Assembly (NCBI RefSeq): GCF_037042905.1
Contig: NC_087249.1
Coordinates: 9,488,001 to 9,552,000, forward strand
Direction: 5' to 3'
DNA from: Lytechinus pictus
Lineage: Eukaryota
DNA length: 64,000 bases
This document shows positions 11,779 through 25,833 of the stretch, piece by piece. The notes beneath the pieces are model-generated. The model saw only the letters and a program-made list of their open reading frames with translations. It ran no database searches and had not been told where the DNA came from. Both the position numbers and the translations under genes were made by a program. Within the stretch, counting starts at the first letter, position 1, and each line of letters opens with the position of its first letter.

Positions 11779-14108
11779 TGAGATGCAACCTGTTGATTTT
11801 TGGTACAATTTCCTATTATGCGCCGACGACTTGAATCGAGAATGTTCGACAGGAAAAATTTGCATTTCGATTTTTGTTTACGTAATTCCCACCGCAGTAT
11901 GAAGGATGACTAAGGACGAACCGAGCAAAGTATCCTGGTTGAGATTTGGAGGTAAGCGATAAAAACACCTTTATCAAAAATTTCTAATTCATTTTAAAAA
12001 TGAACTAAATCATACGATCAAGATTAACATAGTGGAAAAATATTGAAAGATTTGGCGTTTCATAGTCCCTCACATTCGTGTGATGAATGAAAACGTCAAA
12101 ATGCACTATGAAATCACATGCGTTGTGCGAGGTTAGTATACTAACCTCGCATGTTGTGTGAGTGGGCGACACCCCAATACTTACCCGTGTTAATAAACTG
12201 GGACTCCACTCACGCACATTTGGGCCGCCCTAGCTTGGAACTAAGCATCAATATCAATTTAAAATATATATCTACAAGTTATGTATAACCTATTTACTAC
12301 TTTGATAATGTTTAATCGGTACTCACCAGTTCTTTTGCTGTATTTTCTCAAGAATTCCCAAGGATTTGTCCCAAATCTTGCGACAAACCACGTCGCGGTA
12401 GACAGCTGTACATTCTTTTTTATTTATAAATAGAGCGCCCCTTACGATAGTTGTTAACAACGCGGCCAAATCGTTAGGTTTTTTGCACTGTGTCCAAGGC
12501 GTTTTTATTTTGTTTTATTTTTTACTTTTTAATAAATATTTTGTTAAATAGCGATTTTTACGTCAAATATTAAATTTATAATTATATCACAAAATATTTT
12601 TAATTGTAGAGATATATATAATATCATGCAATTATTTATTCTATCTATATTTTATAATAAAATTTATAATTGTTGCGGTCTTTAAAAAAGGATAGTCGAT
12701 AGATCAGGTGATGACTACACGTATCACGTGATCTGAAAATCAGCTTCATACCGCTTTGATCGCACTCGACGGTGACCGCACTGACTGCCAAGAAAAGATC
12801 GAAAAAGGACTCAAATGTAAGTTTCCCTTTATTTTATTAAATCTTAAAGGAGAATGAAACCCTTGATACCAGTTGAATCCATATCAAAGAGAAAAATCAA
12901 AGGAACACATTGTTGAAAGTTTGAGGAAGATTGAATGAATAATAAGAAAGTTATGAGCATTTGAATATTGAGATCACTAGTGCCATGTAGATCCTCCCAT
13001 CGGCAATGCGACCAAGATCTGTGATATCACACACGTACAACTCCCTCATTACTTTAGTACTTATTTCACTTATATTCTCACTTTTATAGAGTCTATCACA
13101 AGGTGAGGTGTTCTCTTTATGAGATGACAAGTACAGAGGTTTCACAACATTATATCATTGATGAATCGTTTGTCATATGATTAGAATGAGCAAAAAGAAA
13201 TGTTTTGGGGTATATTTTCAGTGTCCAAATGGGAGAGTTGTACGTGTGTGACATCACAGATCTTGGTCGCATGGCCAATGGGGGGATCTCCATAGCATTA
13301 GTGATCTCGACATTCAAATGCTCATAACTCTTTTATTGCTAGTCCTATTTTACTCAAACTTTTGTTGATATTATTTTTTGATTTTTCTGCTTTCACAAAA
13401 GCTAACTTGCTCCAAGAGTTTCATTCTCCTTTAAGTAGAAATAATATGATATTTAATGGGCAATCTTTTAATAAATGATAAACAAACGAGAAAAAAAATC
13501 GTATTTAGGGAGTAATATCATACTTGGGTGCAGGAAACAGTAACGGTTCTACTTCTAACCTGTTTTTAACGCATTGTCGCCTATGAGGTCCATACATGTA
13601 ATGTTTGGACCTCATTGGTACTAGGAGTGGTGCTAGCCCACTCACACAAGCATGCGAGGTTAGTTACTAATCTCGCACAACGCAGGTCATTTCATAATGA
13701 ATTTTGACGTTTTCACTCATCACACGAATGTGAGAGAATGAAACACGCCAAAATCTTCACAATATACTAAATTTATTCATCTTAATCTTATCATTTAAAT
13801 TAATTTTTAAAATGTGCTCGAACGTATTTATAAAAAAAGGAATTTTAAACGCTTACCTCCAAATCTCAGCCAAGACACTCCGTCCGATCCTTAATACTGC
13901 GGTGGAAATTACGCAAAAAACAATCGAAATGCGAATGTGTATTTGAGTTTTGTCAGACGTGTATCAATCAGATATGATTATTTACGTCTGGGACCGACCT
14001 TTAACGTCACCATCCGAAAAACGGAATTTTTTCTATCGAACAGTCTAGATTCAAGTCGTTGGCGCATAATAGGAAATTGTACCAAAAAAATCAACAGGTT
14101 GCATCTCA
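11779..14108. mobile_element. Composite element: diverged long inverted arms (11779-12166 and 13637-14108) enclosing a CACTC-family cassette (12165-13629)
   Basis: tgagatgcaacctgttgatttt... matches ...aaaatcaacaggttgcatctca in reverse complement. Both arms carry the palindrome TGCGAGGTTAG-n-CTAA(C/T)CTCGCA. The inner cassette is homologous to 58108-58986. Confidence 0.8.
12848..13430. mobile_element. Kolobok-like MITE nested in the CACTC cassette
   Basis: TTAA|aggagaatgaaac ... gtttcattctcct|TTAA. Absent from the homologous cassette at 58108-58986. Confidence 0.85.
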
Positions 14109-15698
14109 CGTATGATTTAGGGCTGGATCTTTTAGAAGGAAAGGAGAAATCTTGGAGGCGAAAGTTTCAGGTTTTTGGGCGGTACACGCAGTTGAATAGG
14201 CAACGTTCTCGCTACCACGCGTCACGGTTGGCGGGCGCCGACAACCCTGAAAATTTTCAGGGCAAATCCGCCAACCGTGAGCTTCCCCGACAACCGTGGC
14301 CGACAACTGTAAAACAGGCCTTGATCTACACAAAAAACTGAATAATATATTTTAAAAAAACAATCTGCTCTTCAGATCCTAAAATAAACTTGTCGATTAT
14401 TTTGTCCACGATTTCTTCCCGGGATTTCTTTGACTCGCTACTACTATGCTGTATACGATACGACCTCGACTCGAGGCCCAATTTAACTCTCTTTCTCTTA
14501 TGTAGGAAGCGCGAAGATGTTTACCTCGAATTTGCGTATCGCATTGCTCACATTATTTACGTGTAGTAAATATGCTAAAAAATAAAGTGAGGAGAGAGGG
14601 GTACCGTGGGTTACTGGGTTGGGCAATGTAATTTAGATGTTACGAATTTCAGTTGATATTGTCACTTATTTTGTCAAAAGTAAAGTGTGTCAAAAAACCA
14701 ATCGAAATTTAGTTTCATCTCCTCCCAGGCCCCAGCCTTATGCATTTATGATGACACTACCGTAGAGCGAATTGAGAAAATTATTATTAAAAGATCACGT
14801 TAATAATGACAAAGCCACAGGAATGGATTGATATAACGTCCAACTCATTTACTTACAGCAAAATGATTTATTCACATTTATATTCCGATTTTACTCCATA
14901 ATTTCCGAAGTCTTGATCTCTACATTGATCTTTTGAAAGTGTTGATTAATTTCGTGACGGTGTGTCTACCAAGTTCTGTGTCACTGCACTCGCGCTCGCC
15001 ACGGCCACATACAGAATACAAATCGCACATGGCATCAAAATCCTTGATCCGCGGGGATCCGAGTCTTTCAAAATTAGATGGGATCCAAAACTGATTTAAT
15101 TTGAATGTTTTTTTTATTTTCAGATAATTCATTGAATCTGTTATAATTTTCATAAGTAATATTAATCTTTATTAATATCATTCACACTTTTTATCATATT
15201 ACGACTCATTTTTTAATGTGAGTAATACGCACAGTGTATTTTCATTTGTATTGTTCTTTTTTACTCTTTGCCTGCCAAATAAATAATGAACGCACCTGTC
15301 ACGGTCCTGAGAAATGTTTTTAGTCATCACAGTGAATGCTTCATGGATTTGTTGTACAATTGCTTAACAACTCCCGGTAACAACTACGATTTAAAATAAA
15401 ATATTATTTGAAATTAATTTGTGTAAAGGAGAAAGAGAATAATGGGAGGTGGTCGTGGGCAATGTAAATGAAAATGATGGGATATTTGTGACTTTGTGGG
15501 GATTGGCGAAAAGAAGTCAGTGTTCGGAACGAATGAAATTAATATTCATTTATGGATGTGTCTACTGTGATTGTGGCTGCATAATCTTTATGGCGATTGG
15601 AAAATCGACCCTTGGTCGGGAGGGGTACGTGATTCAATAGATTTCGATAGAAGTACACATTCAACAAAGTGGAATTGACAATTCACAGATATTCATTT

Positions 15699-15853
15699 CA
15701 GGGGCCGCGGAAACAGGGGGGGGGGCTGGGTGGGCTTCAGCCCCCCACTTTTTTTTCCAAAACCGTGTACAAAGACATAAAGTGGACCACCTGATTGTGT
15801 TTTTGCATGGTCAGCCCCCCCCCCAAACTTTCAAGACCTTTCCGCGGCCCCTG
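15699..15853. mobile_element. Small MITE
   Basis: 14-bp TIR caggggccgcggaa / ttccgcggcccctg, flanked by cattt on both sides. Confidence 0.75.
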
Positions 15854-16139
15854 CATTTTAAGTACGAATTATTGTTGAAGTGTGAACGTTTTAGAGGATA
15901 TGTATTTCGTTCGCTCACGCCCACATGAGTTGCTAGTATAATTTGAATATCGTTGGATGAATTTTTCAATTTCACTTATGTCTTTATATGTTTTATATCG
16001 GAATTGTGTTTTATATAGAGTTATCTTTACAACGTCGTTAGCCTAATTACTGCGAGTGGATGATATTTATGAAATGAGTTGGAATGTGAACGAGACGCCC
16101 CAAAGCCGATGGCACGTGATCTATTAGTATTCACTTTCT

Positions 16140-17360
16140 GGGTTGAGCCAATCATTGTGCTTGAAAACGGGTTTCCCCGAATTCCCGCCCTTGGAATGGG
16201 TGCCATGTGCGTGACCTGTTAACCTATTGTTTGAATGCGAATCAGCTGGTTTCGTGACCTCAAATATTCTTCATGTTGTTTACGCTGGATGGGGGCTATA
16301 AAATTAAAAAGATCTTTCTGACTATTTTTTTTTCATTTTTAATAATCTGTTCGTGAATTTCTGTAACTTAAAAACTGATGCAATTTATTGAATCATGTAC
16401 CTCGATCTTCCCACTCATGGTGCAAGAAAATATTTTTAAAATTATTATTTGGCCGTCATCATCAGTAGACATGTCTATAAATATGCATTCGCTTCGAATA
16501 TTGACTTCTTCACCAATCCGACACACACGTACGATCTCAACATCCCCTTTTCATTGTCCACGCCACGACCCTTCCCCTTTCGCTCTCTCCCTTCGACCAT
16601 CCTAGCTACAACCCCCCCCACCTCTTCCTCTCTTTCACACATGCTGCATTTGTAGGCCTACGTAGTGCATTATTTATGAATAGAAATCTGCTTTCCTGTC
16701 AATTAAGCTTTACTTTCAAACAACCAAAAAATTACACGGGGGCGGCGGGCGAATTCGCCCCGGAAAGTCCATAAAGAGCCCCGGAAAAGGGCTAAAAACA
16801 TTCACACGAGGGCGACTGCAAAACTCATAATCGCCCCCGTCAACACTACTTTTCACAGTGGCAAATTGTCCATAGACTGTGTACAACGAATAGACCGTCT
16901 CGGCTCAGCGAATCGGAGACCGCTGATTGGCCAATCGCGCAGATCACGTCATGACTACGTGGTCGCCAAAATAATTCCTTCGGACTGCGTGCGAAAGTAT
17001 CGATAACGATAACGATATCCGGTCACATTGTCTACGCGGGAAATGGTCTTGGTTCGTGATTGGATCGCTCCAGTATCGATCGAAAATTATCGAGACTCGG
17101 CAATTTCATGCATATTCACGCGACGCTCCGAAACCCGGAAATCAATTGACTTTGTACACATTGCGATAGACTCTACAGACTCCAACGAACACGATGCTAT
17201 ATCAACGCTAATTCGTAAGATTTTGACCGAAAATCAAGAAGTAATCGAAATTCGCTTACCTGTTCGGTATCGGTGAGAAAATAGATCCTCCGAGAATACC
17301 TTTCATAATTCATATAAATTATAGGAAAGTGAAATTCTAGGTCGATTTTGGTACGAGGTG
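16140..17360. promoter_or_regulatory. Candidate promoter region (CpG-enriched; CCAAT, GC and TATA motifs)
   Basis: CCAAT 16148, GGGTTTCCCC 16169, CCCGCCC 16184, TATAAAA 16297, back-to-back ATTGGCCAAT at about 16926, and a donor-like tcg|gtgaga at 17273. The target gene is unproven. Confidence 0.35.
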
Positions 17361-17974
17361 ATAGAGTATTGCACACTTGTTTTGGTGGAATACTGTGTGG
17401 GGCTATGGAAGGCTTGCACTGCGCATGCTTACTATATTTTCATTCATAAATTGGCTCTCGGCAGTGGCTGGATGACGTCATGTAATAAGCAAAATATACA
17501 CGCCCGCTAGCGTTGAACGCACCGCATGTACAGTACATCTTGTTAAAGCAGAGCCTGCAGCAGAGCAGCCCTGCACTGCTGACCAGCATCCCTTCAATGT
17601 GGCACACACACACACACACACCCCCACACACACACACAAACGCAAAAAAGCCGCGAAATAGCTCCAGAAATTGTAGCCCTGGAAAGTGGAAAAAGAGCCC
17701 TGGAAAATGAAAAAGTAGCCCTGGAAAATTTTTAAGTTTCTCCAAAAAGAGCCCTGGAAAGAAAAAAAGTAATTTTTTGGTTGCTTTCAAAACATTTTAA
17801 ATCGCAATTAATTATAATAAGAACAAAATCGTAATATTAAAGTATTATGAATGACTAAAAATATTTCTCCCGTTCGTGATGGGCACATTAATTATTTTAG
17901 AGGTGAGTATAGAACAATACAAATGAACATAGCAATAATTGACAGTGATAAACGAATCTTGATTGGATATTATT

Positions 17975-18915
17975 AGTATACAAATGATGCATGGGTTAGA
18001 GTGGGTCAGTAGGAACTGTGTGCACAAGGTAACTTTGGCATGGTTTAGACCATAATGCCAAAGTTACCGCGTGCACACAGTTCCACTGACCCACGAAAGA
18101 AACCCATTCATCATCTGTTTTATAGAATGGAAAAAAATTATTGAATAAACCACAAAAATTAATGATTTACCGGATGCATAATAATTTCATGCGTCCGGTA
18201 AATTCAATTTACAGGACGCATGAAAATATTTACCGGACGCATGATTTTTTTTTTACCGGACGCATGATTTTTTTTTTACCGGACGCATGATTTTTTTTAC
18301 CGAACGCATGATTTTTTACCGGATGCATGAAAATTCCAAAATGTAATGCAGACCCTTTGATAACCCTGGACAACATAGATATGTATGCCTAACTTGATAA
18401 TATGTTGGCACAAAGGCATTATTATACCCAAAATGCCAGATGCAGCTTTGCATTGACTAGATCTATGAGGCAGCCTCAGACCTCCAATAGCTGTGTGTGT
18501 ATGCCCGGGCCGCGCCGGGGGCCAGTGCCTACGGCTGCCTGGGCCTGCAGTGGAGATTTGGCTGTGCACAGCCAGCCCAGGGCAGTAGATCTATAAACGT
18601 ATGTCTGGACTTCTCAACTAATGAGTATGCAGGCAGTTTTAATCCCTATGACAATTACGGTACCGTATTTGTACTTACAGATCATTTTGCATCCTTTATT
18701 TGATTCATTCTGCCTTGATCGAAAATTCAAAATTTTGAGGTAAACAAGCGTAACAGTACATGCGTGATGACATCACAATGACCTTTTCGGACAATAGCTT
18801 GTTTACGTGGATATCGTTTTGATTATCGGGATATCGTTCATGCAGCCCAGTAAAAATTCTTGCATAGCTCTCAACCAATCAGATTGCAGGGATTTTCTCA
18901 TCCATTCTATAATAT
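17975..18915. mobile_element. Non-autonomous element with a long terminal hairpin and asymmetric inverted repeat (Crypton-like architecture)
   Basis: Hairpin 18001-18094 with arms of about 40 bp. IR ttatagaatgga (about 18119) / tccattctataa (18901). Internal tandem tttaccggacgcatga repeats at about 18165-18330. Boundaries are approximate. Confidence 0.5.
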
Positions 18916-19225
18916 AAAATATTATATATTATAGTTTCAGTGAGTATCTGAAAACAAAACAAACAAACATGCAAATTATATAAGTTGGGGACCCCGTCTC
19001 ATGAATACCGATGCCCATTATTTGGAAGCCTCGAAAGTTTTCTTCCGAGGCTTCCAAATAAAGTCGGAACAATCTTTGGATTTAGTAAGGGCGTGGCGCG
19101 GCGCAAGCTCAAAGGGCCACGCATGCGGTCCGTAGATGTAGTCGGTCATTGACACGCATTCACAAAATTAATCGCACTTTCTAAGGACGTAGCGATCTAG
19201 ACATTGGAAAGTATGGAGTACATTT

Positions 19226-19790
19226 CAGTGGCGGATCCAGGGGGTGGCGCAGGGGGCGCGCGCCCCTCAAAAAAAAAAAAAAAAAGTAAAATAAAGAAAA
19301 GGCGCTGCTTGAAAAAATAAAAATAAAGGAAAGAAAAGAAAAGAAAAAAGGCGCCGCTTAAAAAAATTATACACTGATATAATATTAGCAACAGTAAGGA
19401 AAGACTATCCCCCAGCAAAGCACAATCATATCATCTTCCTTATCTTTTCTTTTAACTACCCTTTTCCCAACAACTTCGCCGGTTAAAAATAATCAGCAGT
19501 GCGCTGCCTGCATATAACTGGCGCCAATCAAGAATAATCAGTGCCACCTTAATCTAAATCGGCGCCGGACAAGAATAATCAGCGCCATTTGGTTATAAAT
19601 CGGTGCCAGTCGAGAAAAATCGGCACTGCCAGAGTCTTAACCGGCGCCGATCAAGGATAATCTGCGCCACCTAAATCTAAATCGGCACCAGATAAAAATA
19701 ATCGGCGCCATCTGGTTATAAATCGGCGCCGGTACAGAAAAATTGACGCTGCCTGAGTTCTTAACCGGCGCCGATCAAGGATAATCGATT
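19226..19790. mobile_element. CAGTGGCG-type element end with internal AATCGGCGCC-core degenerate tandem repeats
   Basis: cagtggcggatccagggg terminus. About 20-bp periodic aatcggcgcc repeats at 19490-19790. Confidence 0.55.
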
Positions 19791-20104
19791 AAATAGGTGA
19801 ATAGAATGTCCCTTATTCAGGACTAAACGTCAAAAGAACTCCTGCTTCGATTTGTAATAATCTTTTGCTGGATATAATCTTGTTCTTTATTACAAACGTC
19901 CATTAAACTGTCATTTTTTCAGATCGAAATATCAAAATTTTAAGCGCGCGCTTCGCGCTCGCATCTATTGTTTTTTTTAATTACCCATCTTAATCATTGG
20001 TACCAAAAATGCATAGAATATCAAGCTTTCAAGTTGTTTGTTTGTTTGATGTAATTGTGACTCAAATGTGCATACACATACTAGAAAAAGGATTGCTGCT
20101 TTAA

Positions 20105-20707
20105 AGGACAAGTCCACCCCAACAAAAACTTGATTTGAATAAAAAGAGAAAAATTCAACAAGCATAACACTGTAAATTTCATCAAAATCGGATGTAAAAT
20201 AAGAAAGTTATGACATTTTAAAGTTGCGCTTCATTTCACAAAACATTTATATGCACATCTCGGTCGGTATGCAAATGAGGGAGCTGATGACATCACTCAC
20301 TCACTATATCTTTTGTATTTTATTATTTGAAATATGAAATATTTTTATTTTCTCGTCATTGTCATGTGAAATGAAGTTTCATTCCTCCCTGAACACGTGG
20401 AATTCCATTATTTTAACATTTTGTGCTTCAGGCAAGGAGGTCCTAATCATCAAATTCGTAAAAATTGAAATATTGTATAATTAAAACAATAAACAACAAA
20501 AGAAATAGTGAGTGAGTGACATCATCGACTCTCTCATTTGGATGTAACTGGCTCGTTCATATAACTATTTTGTTAAAAATAAGCGAAAATTTGAAATGTC
20601 ATAACTTTCTTATTTTACATCCGATTTTGATGAAATTTTCAGCATTGTGCTTGCCTGATTTTTCTCTATTGATACAAATCAACATTTTTCTGAGGTGGAC
20701 TTGACCT
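20105..20707. mobile_element. Kolobok-like MITE
   Basis: TTAA|aggacaagtccacc ... ggtggacttgacct|TTAA with long imperfect TIRs. Confidence 0.85.
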
Positions 20708-21884
20708 TTAATATGCTGGGCTATTTATCGCTGTACTTGTTAAGGGGGTCAAAGTAACTTAGGGAATACTTGTCAAGGGTAGCGTTTTGTTTCCAATACT
20801 TGTTACAGTTAGGGTTTTACATGCCAATACTTGTTAAGGGGTGCATTTTCAGAACATGGAAAATACTTGTTTAGGGTGCTTTTTGAAACCCCATGGCCAT
20901 GCGTGGTATCCACTCGTCATTGGAAGTGCCCCCCCCCCCCCCCCCCGGGAGCCACAACACCTACCTCTTTCTAACTTTCCAAAAACATTTTTTGATAGAT
21001 CTAGACATTCAAACTGTTAAGTCCCAAATGAAGTACAAGATTGTGCTGCATTTTTCTGTTTACACGCATGAACGTACAACGAGTCAAGAGCATGCAAGAT
21101 CAATCATGAATGTTCAATCAATGCACACGTTGCTCAATTATTTTTCTTCCCTAATAACTTTCTTAAACAGATAGGGTTTTGCCTCCTGCATACACCAAGA
21201 TGTTGGCTCCTCTTTTCTTCCTTTTCATATATTTGTTACATTTACCCCGAGTCAATTTGAAAACTAGAGCTTTAGCGATGTTATAGAGCCCTTTTTGTAG
21301 CTTTGGCATAGGCTGTGCACTGCCCTCTATATGTGACATTTGTGAAAATGGCTGTGTGATAAAAAAAAGTACCAGTACCTTGTAACTTTCTGATTGTGTT
21401 ACAGACCACCATTGTATTAAAAAAGCACACACACATTTCCTAGTGCAACATCTTACATCAACAACATTTGTCCATAGAGAATTTCAAAAGATAGGTGACA
21501 AAAGGAGCCAAAAACACATTTGTAATGTTTTTTTTTTCTTTTTTAGTATTAACAAAATATAGGCAAATGTGGTTTGTCCAACTACATGTATTCCGATAGA
21601 AAATATTAACTTTGCAACGCCCCCTTTTTAAAAGTGTTCCAATCAACAGAAAAAATAAGCATTTGTTTGGGGGAATTTATCAATTCAAATTTCGATACAG
21701 ATGTTATGGCACAACACGCTGACACATGATAGCCACGCAATAGACATCTATTGCAAGCTCGAGCAAGAGAGATCCCCAAAACAATGAACATGTGTACCAT
21801 GGTCCACGCCTACGCACTAACTAATGTATGTACCCACATCACAGTGCTGCATACACCACAATTAGGTAAAATTCAGCAAAATAA

Positions 21885-22402
21885 GGGTGTGTTCAATGTC
21901 GAGTTTCAAATTTAAACAGAACATGAATCATGATTGAAAACTCAATTACAAAACACAGAACACAAACATCGGTGCACTGTTTGGTGTCGAAAATAGAAAG
22001 ATGTTTATATGTTGATTGTCTTTGAATTTCCCACTTTCATTAGGGCAACTTTATTACACAGTTTGACCCATCACAAGAAAGGTCAATTTGGCACCTGCTT
22101 GTGCAGGCTTCCACTGCAGGAGCAAATTTAAAGACGTTTCAGATCTAAATCGTGTTCAATGTCGCATTCGCGATGCTGAAGGTCGTAAAATCCGAGGTGA
22201 TCATGTTTACAAACTCATATTTTTTTACGTTTAAATTTTCCTTCGAATCATGATTTGAAAGATGCTTACTTTAACGGCTGGGAATGGAAGACATTGAAGT
22301 TATCGAACACACCCTTTGTTTCTCATTATTTCCGCATTTTGTAATCACTTTTGAATAATTCATGTTACCGTTTAAATTTTGAAGCTGACATTGAACACAC
22401 CC
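21885..22402. mobile_element. PIF/Harbinger-like MITE
   Basis: TAA|gggtgtgttcaatgtc ... gacattgaacacaccc|TAA. A second diverged copy lies in the opposite orientation at about 34683-35213. Confidence 0.85.
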
Positions 22403-24649
22403 TAAGAGGCTAAAGTTCAGCCCAAGTAGATATACTTACTTTTACTAGACCAGTCCTAATCATATAGGTCTAATTTTTGACCTATTTTGTTTATTTGGTC
22501 TAGTTAATAGACTATGTCTAGAAATCAATGTTTTGTCGATTGTGTGACCATTCAAATATTACATTTGGTGCAAGTTGAAGCAGTGTATTTGACTTCAACT
22601 TGCACGCTTATGTAATATTTGGAATGATCTCACTCTGAATATTTGTATACAATAATATACATGATAAACAAAATATATGAATTGCATTGTAACTAGAAAT
22701 TGGCTCTTCAATAATATAGCACCTATATAGAAACATTCACTTACAATCGCCTTATTTTATATCATCACAAAATACTGCCATAGAATTATTTTTAGCAATC
22801 AGTTTCTTCTGGAAATATTATGTCTCTAACATGGCAAAGTCTGTTCCATTCAGACTACATGTACATTGACAAAAATGTTTTGAAAAATTGGGCGCAAATA
22901 GATCGAACATTATTTTTTCTTGCACATATAAGGTTTTTCAATCTGGAGATCATATTGTCATAAGTCCATAACGTAAACGACTTATTTCACATTTTAAACA
23001 TCCGTATTCAAATTATGTACTTTATTGGTTTTATTATATATACTATAACTCTGTAGAACTTCTAGATGAATATCCTACTGCTTTCCCTTTAAACCTGTTA
23101 CATGTGGTCATTTGAAGGATTTGGATCGGATTTATATCGTATTTCATTTAATAAGCTACCTGATTTGGATCAAATTCAAATTTATTTTTTCAACTAATCA
23201 TTGTAGCATTACGTATATCTCAATGGACTGTGCACAGATTAATCTTTCCCCTTTTTTCAAAATGAATGTTTATTTCTAGAAAACATCAGATTTTAGTTAC
23301 ATAATCGTTTATTTAAACAGGAAGGGTATTGAAGTACCAAAGGACTTCTCATCATTTTCACGTGACTTCCAAGAAGTATTAAAACAAAAAAAGAAAGATT
23401 TTTGTACTACTGTATTATACATTGTACATTTATCAACATTCAAAATAATCCGGGACCATTGACGATGTCACTCTCAGTACAAGCCATATTGCCCACTTGA
23501 TCCTTTAAAACTTTATCCTTTCAGGCAACTTTTTGCAGAAGTAACTCTTACATCAATAAAAAAAATCAATTTCATTTATGTTCTACAGTATATGAAATAA
23601 ACAAAAAAACATTTTTTCTGTGAGACATCTAGATCTACATGTTCTATATACTTTTTGCAGAACCTGCTTCAGCATTTAATCTACTGAATTTCACAGTATG
23701 TTATTAAAAAGTAGCCCCTGAAATAAATGAAATGCCCAAAAAGGCATTTCTCCTCTACATGTATTGTTTCTTTTCTTCTTTCAAATAATCTAAAGCGCAT
23801 AGAAACTTTTTTTTAATCATTATTGTTTAAAGACCTCCCCTCCCCATGATTCATGTAGTGCTTTAAATCACTTAGTGATTATGCACATTAATGTGACCGT
23901 CACTTGACAGTTAAATGCAATCTTTCACCCGTGTTTAGTATCATGAGTAGACTGAACAGATGCTCATCATCTAATGACTAACATTTATCCATGAGCCTAG
24001 AACACAAAGAGACACCAATTATAATCAAGCCCTTAAAGTGCAAGGTAGTGAATTAAAATCAGTGAATATAGTGTTTATTTTTAAAAGTTTGGAAAAATAG
24101 ATGTGGAAGGCCTTTCATTGTTTTGTTAACCTTCTGTCTGTTTGAGTGAATAATTTGTTTGTTTGAATAAAGAAATATATCTAATAGCAGCCATTAGAAT
24201 CACTTAATTTGTTTGTTGTTGATAGTTTACAATAACCAATAATTATGTTAATATTTGAATGTGTGTCATATTTATCTAACTTCATTCAAAACAAAATTGC
24301 TTTTTACTAAGAAGCCCATCTCTAAAAGTGCAGGTCATTATACCAATATATGTGTCCCAAAATTGTCAAAGTGTGATGAACATAAACTAAAAATGTGTTT
24401 TATTGGATAAATTTACAGATTTTAGGTCACAATTTAATTTGACTGGGTGCCGGATCATAAATTAAATGGTGTACATGTGTATGTAATTACCAAACCCCTT
24501 CTAAAACATGGAATGGGTTGAAAATTTCTGGATTTTTTATTTGTCAGTAGCTTTCTAATAATCCAAGTACTAAATCGGTAAAGTAATGGCATGAAGGGCT
24601 ATTTGAATTGAAAATATAAACTTTGTCAGGATGTAGATCACAGCTTCAG

Positions 24650-25680
24650 GGGCCTGTTTCTCAACATCAACACCTGGACAAGTTAGTTAATATCTTTATC
24701 CGTCAACCACGGACTTAACCTGTTTCACGAAAGGCGTCCTCACTAGAATCTCTTGATATCGATACTATCGGCAGAAAGAGCAGACGAGATGTAGCCTTAG
24801 TCACAAAATTTTATGATAAAACTGCAATCATTGTGATGAATTTAGAAATACATCTAATGAAAATAATAGCAGGTGCAAAATATGCATCATACATAATTAA
24901 ACCATGATGACAACAGCACTCAATTGCTGAGAAAGTGAAATTTTGAAGAAATCATTTCATGATTATAAAAATCACATGTGGACATTGTCGTTGAGATGGG
25001 TACCCCCGAGATATCAAATTTTAATAGTTTACGGAAGTAAACCTTCAAAGTTTCCTAATTGTAAAATGATGATAAGTATACGCTTTTTTATGATTCCAAG
25101 CATCAAAATATAGTGTAACATAAATTGTTTAAATCTTTGGATACCGAAACATGATTTGACAAATTATATGCATAAAAGTAGAGATAGAATTTATCAAAAT
25201 TGGATAAGGGTCGAAACAAAGAATACAAGTCCAATTATCGATTGCCTGACATGGCAGAATCTTTATTGATACATTTATTTTACTATTTTAAAATTAATGA
25301 TTTTATGGTGTTTTACAAACTGTTTTTAAATATAGATTTTGTGCATTACAATTATTGAATGAGCTATCCCACATGTTTTGCAATGTAATTTCAACTTCTA
25401 TGATTGATTACGTAAGATTAAACTTGTCAAATTTCGATGCACTTTTGCATACCATAGTCTACCCACGTGATGCCACTACGTCAAATACAAAAGAAGTTAT
25501 GACAGGGTCGGAGGTATCGTAAATATTTAGTCAGGTTGTTGTCCCCAATCTTGGCAAAGAGGGCTTCGTGAAACGGTTAGCGGACAAGTAGCTCACTATC
25601 TCCTATTCAGTCAAGAAGTTAGACTATTGATCGCAAATATTTTCTTGCAACACCCCAATACGGTGATGAGAAACAGGCTC
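24650..25680. mobile_element. PIF/Harbinger-like non-autonomous element
   Basis: CAG|gggcctgtttctca ... tgagaaacaggctc|CAG. Confidence 0.75.
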
Positions 25681-25833
25681 CAGATTCTTAGGATTGAAAA
25701 ATTGCCAAATTTAAATTCTTAAACCTGAATAGAACATTCAATGACTGCTACACTTTCATGAATATTGTCATGCTGGAGATAATTCACATTACTGACCCTT
25801 TAATACCGAATCTTCAGGTGGGCTCGAAGAACC

